Part shown: one piece after another, positions 39,978-51,483 of the stretch
Layout of the letters: the number at the start of each line of letters is the position of its first letter
Position numbering within the stretch: the stretch's first letter is position 1
Position numbers and translations under genes: made by a program
NCBI RefSeq assembly: GCF_018350175.1
Contig: NC_058368.1
Location: 51,399,815 to 51,463,814 of the forward strand
Source: Felis catus
Taxonomy: Eukaryota
DNA length: 64,000 bases
Direction: 5' to 3'
Notes under the pieces: generated by a model
Database searches by the model: none
Seen by the model: the letters and a program-made list of their open reading frames with translations, nothing else
Told to the model about the DNA's origin: nothing

Positions 39978-42900
39978 AACAAATAAACTTAAAAAAAGAT
40001 AATGTTAAGATAATAGGCTTTAACATGGTGTTTGGGCTGGTGATGGGAATGTAGTGACAGGGCAGGTCCAGGGAACCTCAGCTATCGATTCAGGGGATCT
40101 AGTAATTGTGCACAGCCTAGTGCTTAAGCATATTGCAATCAGACAGATAAACATGCAAGTCCTGTCTCTGTTAGCTGAAAGCTCTCTATACTAGAACTAT
40201 ACTAAACTTCTTTCAGACTTCAGTATTCTACTCTTAATCTTAACCTCCATGCATTAGCATGTGGATACCAAGAAAATTTCTCCCTCCACATCCCCAGCGG
40301 TAACACTTCCTCCCTTTGGACTGGCTACTTTCAACTCATCATTTAGATCTCACCTCATATCCTCTGAAAGGAGTCTACACAAGAAAAAAAATCACACAGT
40401 GTCTAATAAGCTCATGTTTTTATGGTCACTGTATTTTTTAAAATTTGGTATATGATATGTAAATGTGTTATTTCATTAAAATTAAGCATTATTTGTGTAT
40501 TTTAAGCATGTGTTTAAATTAAAATTTTGCCAAACCTCAAAGTACCACTGCAGAACACAGTTCTGAAAAACACTGCATTACAGGAAATTCAAAATATTAA
40601 GGATCATAAAAAGGGAAAAGAAGATTTCAGGCAGGGCAGAAACAGGAAAATCTAGAATAGAATCTAGAATAGAAATCTAGAATAAGGGGATCGCTCATGT
40701 TTGACAAGGAGAGTTCAACATTGCTGAATTAAGTTCAAGAAAATGACCCATATACCCTTTTTGCTATCTTGGTCTGCTAATAACAGGATTGAAGCAGTCC
40801 TTCTATCTGTTCTGGATGTTGCCCAAGGGGCCAGTGAAGAGCACATAACAGAGACCTAAAACTGTAACTTCTTACTCAATTTTCTAGAACAATCCAAAGG
40901 AATTAAATCAAGTTTGCCCATAAGGAGAATTCTATTTCCCACTACTAACAACAATAAAGAGTTTCTTCCACAATCAGACATTAAAAGCTTAAAATGTTAT
41001 ATGCAAAGCTGAAGAAGCTCAGAAACAAATCAATCCATAAGAAACCACATTTGATTCTCGAACAGTGCAGGGATTGGGACACTGAGCATACTTGAAAATT
41101 CCATACTTAAAAACTAGGGAAAGATGGGAGGTGGGGGAGGGCAGAGAACAGGGAATGCAAAAGAAGAGGTGGCTGGAGTGTTGATACAAAGCCCAGCTTA
41201 AAAGTTAAACAGTTTTTTGCCAAATTTCATTTTATTACCTTTATATACTGTGGATTATTCACACATCAACCTTGGACAGATCAAATCACTATAATGAGTA
41301 AGCAAAACCAGAGGATTCCTACGACAGAAATTAAGGTGAAATTCCAACCTGGCATCTTGTACCTTCTAAGCAGTTATAAATGAAATACCTGTATAGTTTG
41401 GCAAGCATGGCTGCCATTGTTGGTGAGGATAGCAGAGATGGCCTGAAGTGTCCTTCCTGTTTCTCCCCAAGAAGCCACCAGACTAAAGAGGCAAGCACAG
41501 GAAAGTGCTGTCAGAGACTGTCCTGTGCTGTCATTCATTCCAGTACTTCGAACAGTGATTTCCAAAAGGAGCTGGAAGAGAGCCTCTGTGAATAAAATAG
41601 AACTCAGTTTTATTCATTCAACATACAGAACATTAAATGTGTATTTATTTATAACTTGCCTCATTATAAAAAAAATATTTAAGGCAGCTAGAACACTTAC
41701 TTTGTATTAGTTCCTTTTCAGTTACCCTTTCCCCCCCAAAGTTAGAATATTTATATACAAAGGACCTCAGAGAACACTTAGTTCAACTCTTCACTTTTGT
41801 AAATAAATGGATCTATCCCAGGTTGTTTAAAAGAAATTTATCTTGAGGCATTCACACATTCAAGAAATATCCTCTCAAGTAATAGACTACTCACTGTACT
41901 TATTTAACCTTTCACACTGGGAAGAATTGGAGCTTCTTAAAATGTTAAGTTTCCAGAAAATTTGTTTGTGTAAAACAACAATACATAAAAAATACATGCT
42001 GTAATTTTTTTAATATAAAATTGTTTTACTGCTAACATAACAGCAGTTCACATTTATAAACAAGTATGTAATTCATTTTATACCCTAGAAAAACCTCCAA
42101 GTCAATAGGACAGATATCCTCCTCCTTCAATGGACAATGAAATTGAGACAGGGAGGTAAAGAGATTTTTCCAAAATGATAAAGCCATTTAGTGGCAGAGA
42201 TGGTAAAGTAACACCTGAACATTTGATGGCCACCAGAAGTTTCCATGCAAAATTCCCTGAACAACTCTGTCCAAGAACTGAACCAACAGACCTCTAGGCA
42301 TTTCTTCTGCAGAAGGGAAGGGATTTTGAAAATCCTTAAAGAGTGAACACTCAAGACGGAGAAAGAAACAGAATCAGAAAAAGAAAAATTGAGGAAGATG
42401 AAGAAAGGGAAAGGGAAAAGAGAGAGCAAAAGAAAGAGAAAAGAGAATTCGTGTACTAAAACTCACCAAAAACTAAAAGCCATCTGTGGTTTATTCGTTA
42501 ACTCACAGAGAGCTAGCCTTCCTCTGTCCATTCCTCATCTCCCATGTATCTCATCCCTAGTAAGCCCTGTCACTTTCGCTTCCGAATTCCTCCACTTGCT
42601 GTCTCATGACCATCTTCCCAAACTATGCTCTTTATCAGCACCTGTTAATCAGACTACTAAAAAGTGTTCAAAAATTAGCTCCCACCTTCACTTTTGTTCT
42701 TTTATATCCAAAGAGAATTTTTAAACCAAAAATCTGGTTTTCCATTTAAAATCCATTTGCTCCTTTGTTAATTCGTCCCTACTCCTCTTCCTTCTTTCCA
42801 TTCTCCCTACTTTTCTTCATGTGCCTGTACATCCTTCAGTCTTCCCTTTCTTTCATTTAGCCTTCCCTTTGTGCTTCCTTCCAACTATCCTTTCCCCTCA

Positions 42901-45822
42901 TCCTTTCATCTACCCTTTCTCCATCTGTCCATCCTTCCTTCCATCATTATCCTTCTGCCCCTTCATCTTTTAATTACTCAGCAAATATTCACTGAATTCT
43001 TCCTGTGCATGAGAAACGATTCTAGGTTGTGGTAGTACTTTGGCAAACAAGACTAAGAATCTATGCCATCAAAAAAAGTTAGATTCAAGTGGAAGAAAAC
43101 AGAAGTGCTATAAAATTAAGAACATTTTTTTAAGCATGAGGAGATAGTGAGTGACTTTCCATTTCTCCTACAACAATAGCCAGGTTCCCTTAACATGATG
43201 TATGAAGCTCCACATGATCTAGTCTCTGCCTCCCTCCTCACCTATGGCAAAGCCCTCCCTCCTTTCACTCTCCACATCCTAGCCAATCTTTGTTCAGTCA
43301 TTCTCCTTTCTGTGTCAGAGACTTATAGCATGCTGTCCTTTTTGCCTAGAAACTCAGTTAACTCCTTCCTACTCATCCTTCAAATCTCCAATGTCACATC
43401 TTCAAGGAGGCCTGTTATAGACTCCTAGAACTTCCTCTCCTTTCCCCCATACTATTTACCCATACCTGCAATCACACAAGTGTCCAACTGTCTGATGCTA
43501 AGTCCCATAATAACAGCAACAGTGTCTGTACTGATCACCCCTGAACTATATGCTCATAGTACAGCACACAGGAGATACTATTACATTTAAGTGAATACTT
43601 AAGAACATACATTCCAACCTTAAATTGAACAGAAAGATAGATATAACAATGATTTTTTTAAACTAGACAATTTCTAAATCAAAATCCATTTGCTAAGAGA
43701 AGAAGCTTGGTGTATCATAATCATCAAGCTATCCCAACAGTGAGAGTGATATATACATATATGTATATATTTTCATGGATAAAATGAAAAACAAAGCATA
43801 CTAATGTGATTATGCTATTAGATCAAAGGAAAAAACAGACAGATTTCAATAGAAATTTAGTTTTAAAGAGCCAAATTACATCTTTGAGCTAATTAAGCCA
43901 TTTCAAATAAGAAATATAAAGTGATGTTAAATCCCTCAATATAAAAATAAGTCAAAACAGGGAAGAGATAGGAAGCAAACACTGAAAGGATAAAAAAGAA
44001 ACCAAAGAATTATAGCAGCATTTGAAACTGTTAACAAGAAAATAAAAACAGACAAATTAATCAGGTGAAAGTTTTAATAGAAGATGATTAAGCTGAAGCA
44101 CACATTATAATTTCAAAAACAGTATTAAGAACAAGATCTATTTTGAAAAGCATAAAGGAAAGGGAGTATTTATACATAGACTAGATACTAAACAAGGTAT
44201 ATGACAACTAATAAAAGATAACTGAATGGCAGAGGATCTAGGAAAAAGAAATGACTAGCATGCTGTTCAAAGTAATAAATAGGATGTGCAGGTTTTAGTG
44301 GATATTTTAAATATTGCAATTATTTGTTAATTGACAAACTAGAGCTAAGAACAGCAAAATATCCTTAAATATAATCAATTAAATAAATAAAAAGCTTTGG
44401 TAAGATGCTGTGATGCCAAGTAATGCATCACAATAGTAATACGATCACTTGTGTTACCATAACAGTAATCAACAAGGTGCCTGCTTCTTACCATATGACA
44501 GCTTTTATTTAGTAGTAGTGTTTAATAACATGGGGTGGGGGAGGGTATTGTGTTTTTTAAATCCTCAGCTTGTTTTCATGGCAAGCACTCTCCTCCCTGA
44601 CCAAACCAAAAAAAAAAAAAAAAAAAAATCCAACACAAAAACTAATCACCATGTGACACCACCACCCCCCACAGTCAAACAAACAAACAACCACCAAAAC
44701 AAAACCTGTATGATCTGTAATTAGGTTCTCACATGTGGGTCTAATAAACACCAAATAGCCAAGTAGAAAAAAAAAATCAAACTCTAGTCCAGACCAGCAG
44801 TGCGGTCCTCAGATGAGCAGTACTGGCAACATCACCCAGAAATTTACTCTAAATGCAAATTCTTGGGCCCCATGCCAAATCTACTGAATCAGAAACTCTG
44901 CGGGTAGGGCCCATATGAATCTGATATGAACTAATGCTTGAGATTTAGAAAAATCTAGACTTTCAAGGCCCATGGTTAGCATCAGAAAAAATCAATTAGC
45001 CAATTTCAAACTTATGCCTCCATCTCTATTTCTATTCCTCAAGAGCTCCTAACTTCTTTATGTGTTCAACCTGCATCAATAGCAAGAAAGGCATGTGTTC
45101 ATAAAATTCAAATACACTTTACAAAAAGCAAACATATTTACTTAATGGAAGTTGCTACTAATTCAAAAGCATTATCTATAACAAAAATTAATTTTTATTT
45201 ATAATGAATACAAAAGAAATGCCCTGTTTGGAAAGTAATTGTGCTGTTTGGGGTTGGTAGCATTTGTTCACTTTCTTCCCACTTTTTTAACTATCCAGAA
45301 TAATATATAAAGTTAGAGAAAGTCAATGTTAGCTATTTCGGCCAAAGGTTTAACAAGAATGATTTAAGTTAGTAGTGACTTATAAGGCTTGGATTATTTC
45401 TGGGTTCCAAGGATTTATGTTTTGCTTTTTTCCCCATCATCACAATAATCAAGAAATGTCTATGTGTGAACTAAAACTCTTAAACTGGAACTGCAGTAGA
45501 ACATAGCAAAATACCTTAAAATTTATACCCTTGCTGTTTCAATACATTAAAAAAAAAAAAAAAACTGCATTACAGGCTGCTGTACATGCTTCGTAAGAGA
45601 AGCTATTTACATTCAAAGACTTCATTCAATGCCCAGGGCTCTCACCTAGGACCTCTGGGGGCTCTGACTGGAGGCCTTCCGGCTGCTGACCCTGAAGCAC
45701 GTTAAGCAGGGCCTGTAGACTCCTCAGACACAGGGATGGATGAGAAAATCTCGTCTCCTTGATCAATTCAAAAACTTCACAAAGTCCAACCTCAATGATC
45801 TGTTTAAGATGAAAAAAAAAAA

Positions 45823-45859
<37 letters not shown>

Positions 45860-48155
45860 CAGGTAAACTAGTAACACTTTCCAGGCAGTTTCACCAGTAC
45901 AGCTTATTGCCACAGCAAATGATTAATGCTGCAATATTTACTAGGCTAAAACAAACAAAAACACATAAAAATGCAAAACACAACCACCCATGGCATTTAA
46001 TTCCAAGGTACAGAAAACCATCTAGTTACATGAAAGGGTTAAAAAATTATGGCACTATTTTATTTTAGAGAGAGAGAGGACATAAACGGGGGAGAGGGAC
46101 AGAGGGAGAGAGACAGAATCATAAGCAGGTTCCACACTCAACTCGCAACCCTGGGATGATGACCTGGGCCGGAATCAAGAGTCAGAAGCTCAACCGACTG
46201 AGCCATCTAGGCGCCCTACAGTGGCAGTATTTTAAAAGTATTTATAGCACAAGGAAGCCATAATAAAATATAATAAAAATTCTAACAATGAAGTAGATAC
46301 TAGGTTACATTCACTCAGAAAAAATAAACTCTATTAATTTAAAAGTTCATTTGGCTGTACTCAAGTACAAATCAGCATTCTTTTGTTAAAAGTCATGTTA
46401 CTTGTTACTTATGAGCAGGAAAAAAGTCAATATAACTCATACAATGCAGAGATTTAAAAAGGAGCGTTTCGTCTTAGCCATTCCTATAATGGTACAATCA
46501 CAATATTACTGTTTACTGATGTGTCCCCTCTTCTTATAGGGTTTAATCACCAAAAAACCTACCTATCAAAAAGATCACTGCTATTTTTACCTTCATTATC
46601 TTATCATTCCTGATCAGAACCAAATCTGACTCAGTCCATATCTAGCAAAAGATACATCTGTAACTAAAGATTGACAGAGAAGTGTGATGAGCATAAATGT
46701 TTCTTAAACCCTTATTTTGTGCAACTCACTATAGGAGATATGAAGATACACATCACAACAGCCCCTGTCCTCTAAGAATTTATTCTCTAACAGGGTAAAT
46801 GAGCCTTGTACATGACTCTTATCCAGTTGAGACCTCTGTTATACGATTTATTATAGTATAGCTGACCATTTTTGTTTCCTTTTTCCTGTGGTCTCCTTAT
46901 AGACAAGGAGCATGCCTGAGCTGGCTTAATATGTCCTGTGGCTAACCCAGTGCCTAGCACATGATAGGCATATAATAAATATTTAATTACTCTCCATTGT
47001 GTGCTAAAAACCACTGCAAATCAGAAATAGATTTTCCAGACAATGGTCAAATCAGTTGCAGGCAAGTCACTTGCAGTTCTGATTATCATTTGCAAGGTTT
47101 CTGAAGAATACAGACATGACTGAGAAGTTAAACTAGTAGGACTGTCTTTAGAGAAGTTATCTAAAATACTAGCGGACTTAATTATAGCCAAGATTACAGA
47201 GGTGGCCTGTATAGAGTTTCAATTGATTAAATGCACTAAGCAGTGAAAATTTTCCAGTTGATATAGTTTCTTTTCCTGAAACACACTAGAAAGTAAAAAC
47301 ATGCTGTTCAAGATTTCTATCTGCTTATGCACTTACAGGAAATGAATCTGAACTCAAAGATCTCCTAAGCACAAAATATAGGGCTCTGTTCTCAGGCCAA
47401 TGGGAAACTACTCTACCCTTTCAGTCTTCAAAAATGCTTATTCTGCTGCTACCAATCATGACTTTTCAAAGTTCAAAGGAGACTCTTCACAGGTAACATT
47501 TTTAGCTACAGTTTATTTATATAAGATTCCTATGGTAACAGAGAAAGTACTGAACCTTACCAAAAAAGAGTGAGGCTACTTACTGAACAAGTTCCTGAGC
47601 TGTCTCTCTAGTAAGTTCAGGGCATAATAACAAATATATTAAAATAGGCAACTCAGATATACTGCTTAGGAACAGAGCACTAGCTGGTTTTGGTAAACCC
47701 ATAAAATGTTAGCCAAATGATCAGGAAAGAGAAATTACCCACCTATCTAGGTTAACCACTGTAGATTCTCATCTGCACCTTACTTCATAAAAATTTTTTT
47801 TAATAAGGGGGAAAATTAATTTGTTTCCAGAATATTGATATGTTTTCAAAATACAATAAAATAAAAATCAACTTCAAGTTTCCAATCATATTTAGCTTTG
47901 AATTATTGAGCAGAGGAATAAAAGTTGTTGTGAAATAAGTTTGTTTGTTTGTGTTTGTTTTTGAGGTTTGGCTAAGAACATGTTACCATACATATGAACT
48001 CTGAAATTATACTTTACACACTGAATCTGTCTTACAGTCACTGAGAACATACTGTACTTTCTCCCCACTCAATATTGGGAAGGAAGAGTATAAGGAAAAA
48101 ATATAGCACAGCAAATATAGTATGATTTCATTTGTGCAGAAATAATATACTTTTA

Positions 48156-48197
<42 letters not shown>

Positions 48198-50822
48198 GTT
48201 TATAATGGGTATGTTTTGGTTAATAGGAATTTAAGAGGGATTTCTAATTTTTAATTTCTATTTCCTCTTTGTAAAAAATGTTCTGCATTTTTCAAACTAT
48301 CTACAATATATACTGCCTTTATAATTAGCAATATAAATAAATGTGACTTTTAAACAGAGTAGTTGATTATAGTAATTAAATACACTAAGCTTCGGTACTT
48401 TCAATGAAAAACCATAACTACCCAACACACAGTCTTCCACTTCTCTTCAGAAAATAACCTTTTATATTCACTAAATAAATTTACTGAATTTTCCCTTTAC
48501 AGCTACTTTCAAATAATTAAATCCTGAAGGCTCTCTATTACACTTAAAGGAACACAAAACCCAAATAACTATCTGATACAGCCAGTGCAACGTCACTGCT
48601 GGGAAAAGTGAGATAAAAACATGCTTGGCCAAAGAAAAATAACATAATGAGTCTTTCAAGGTTTTATTTTGCTCTCGTCAAATCACATATTCCCAAAAGT
48701 GATTTTATTATTTCACGAGCAAGTATGAGCATAAAAGTTCAGTTACATCACATTTAGATTAATGATTTTTTAATAAATTTTACCTTGTTCTATTAAAAAG
48801 TCCTAGAGGAAAGGGATGGGAGGGGCAAAACAGGTGAGGAGGATTAAAAAGTACAAACTTCCAGTTATAAATAAGTAAGTCCTGAAGATGAAAAGTACAG
48901 CCTAGGAAATATCACCAATAATATTGTAATAAATGTTGTGTGGTGACAGATGGTGACTACATTTATCCTGGTGAACATTTCAAAATATACAGAATTATTG
49001 AATTACTATGTCATACACCTGAAACCAGTGCAACATTGTACGTCAACTATACACTAATGAATTTTTAAAAAGTCCTAGAATCTATTCTAATACTTTCAGA
49101 ATCCATTTGAAAAAATTCAAGAGGAAATCAAAAGTAGGTTTATATATTACCACCGAGGGAAGTACACTGCCTTCCAAATTTTTTTATATAAAGCAAATAT
49201 TTGGTAGATATGACATTTACAAATAATGAAAAATAAAAATCTAGAAGGGAGCAAAAGGAAGAGTGGAAGAAGAGCAGCAGCAGAGGAGGAGGAGGAGGAC
49301 AAAAAGAAGAGGAAGAATTATGCTTCTCAAAAGGTCTGGGTGTGAGATGTCTAAGCAGTATCGTCTAACATACAAATTTATCTAGGACTACTACCATCTT
49401 CTTCCCTTCTCTTTACACCCAAAAGTGTTCTCACAACTTTTCAAAACTAACAATTTTTTTTTTACATTTATGTATTTTTGAGAGACAGAGAGAGACAGAG
49501 CACGAGTGGGGGGGGGGGGGCGGGCACGGAGAGAAAGAAACAGAATTTGAAGCAGGCTCCAGGCTCTGAGCTGTCAGCATAGGGCCCAACGTGGGGCTCA
49601 AACTCACAAACCGTGAGACCATGACCTGAGCCGAAGTCAGACGCTTAACCGACTGAGCCACCCAGGAGCCACTGAAACTAACAATTTTTAAGTGATGCTC
49701 TTGATCCCACCCCCATCCTATCTCTAACAGAATTTTATTTTACCTTCCCCCACACTGTGACAGTCCCCAAGTCTCTATTTTTAGCTGGGACCTTTCTTTG
49801 GAACTTCAGCCCTATATAGTATACACAGGACACCTCACAGGTACCTCAAACTCAGTAAAGAGAACTAAACATCATCATCATCCCAACAAAGCACTGCTTC
49901 TCCTCCAGTTCCCCCTCTTGCAGTAAATGACATTGCCACCAGAAACTTCAGAAGTATGTTTCGATTCCACTTTCTCTTTCAGCCTTCATAATCAACTAAT
50001 TACCAATTTGTCAATTCTGCTTCCTTAACATTTCCTGTAACCCAAACACCACCACTAACAACCTTCAGTAACGCTTCCGGGACAAATGCAATAGCTGCCT
50101 AATTGATCCCTCTGCCCTAACCTTACCACCCTCTATGGTTTGTCTTACTAGCACCCAAGTAATTTTACTAAAATACAAGTCTGATCAAACTCTTTTGCTT
50201 AAAATCTTCAATATTTCCAAATCACAAGACAAAATCTGAAAGTGGGTGCATGACACAGAAGGCCCTTCACAATCTAGCTCCTGCTCTCAGCCTCTTGCCC
50301 TATTCAGCTACTCCACTCTAGCTAAAAACAGATCACGTGTACTTTTGTAATGGTGCTGTTCCCTCCGCCTGTAAGTGCATCTACAGTCAGTGCTGCATCC
50401 GTACCCACGGTGTTCCACTACACCCAGCATGCCCTAGTAATCCTTAAGTCACTAGACAGGTCTGGTATCCCCTACCAGACATAACTTTCTTGAGGGTAGG
50501 GACCGTGTCTCATCATTATTTTGTTCCCAGGGCCTAATATACTGCTTGCTATAACTCAAAAAGAATTTAAAAGCAAATAAACTTAAGAAGTAAATAAGTA
50601 AGTCTATGTAAGTCTATATCTTTTAACAAAATACATGGCATGATGAGCCTCAAATAAGACTGGGAAGTATGAATCCCAACAATAACTACTAAAAATTATG
50701 CAGTTATAGGGACACCCAGGTGGCTCAGTCAAACATCCAACTCTTGATTTCGGCTCAGGTCATAATCTCACAGTGAGCCCTGTGTTGGACTCTGTGCTCA
50801 GTATGGAGCCTGCTTAGGAAAG

Positions 50823-50881
<59 letters not shown>

Positions 50882-51440
50882 GCACCTTCCTTGTGCTCTT
50901 GCTCTCTCTCTCAAAAAAAAAAAAAAAAAAAAAAAAAACCAAAAACCAAAAAAACTATGTAGTTATAAAGCATGGAACACTATAGGGAATCTGGAAGTCA
51001 GATAGTGAAAGATGGTTTGAGCTGGGTAAAAACTGTGTTTTAGGTAAAAACCTTAATATGAAGCATTTAGGTGGGGGTAAGAAAGTCCCCCCTTTTTTAA
51101 AATGTTTACTTATTTTTGAGAGAGAGAGTGTGTGTGTGCAAGTGGTGGAGGGGCAGAGAGAGATGGGAGAGACAGAATCTGAAGCAGGCTCCAGGTTCCA
51201 AGCTGTCAGCACAGAGCCCGATATGGGGCTCAAATCCATGAACCGTGAGATCATGACCTGAGCAAAAGTCGGATGCTTAACTGACTGAATCACCCAGGTG
51301 TCCCAAGTCGTTTGTCGTTTTTAAAATATCAATGACTGGAGTGCCTACGTGGCTCAGTCAGTTAGGCGTCCAGCTACTGATTTGGGTTCAGGTCATGATC
51401 TCATGGTTTGTGAGTTCAAGCTCTGTGTCTCTGCACTGGG

Positions 51441-51483
<43 letters not shown>

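Noticed and set aside
16222..40685. Short tandem duplications (16222-16252, 16845-16888, 23615-23642, 40649-40685) as a CRISPR-like or functional array
   Set aside because: Isolated 2-5-copy slippage products with no spacers, ordinary for mammalian introns.
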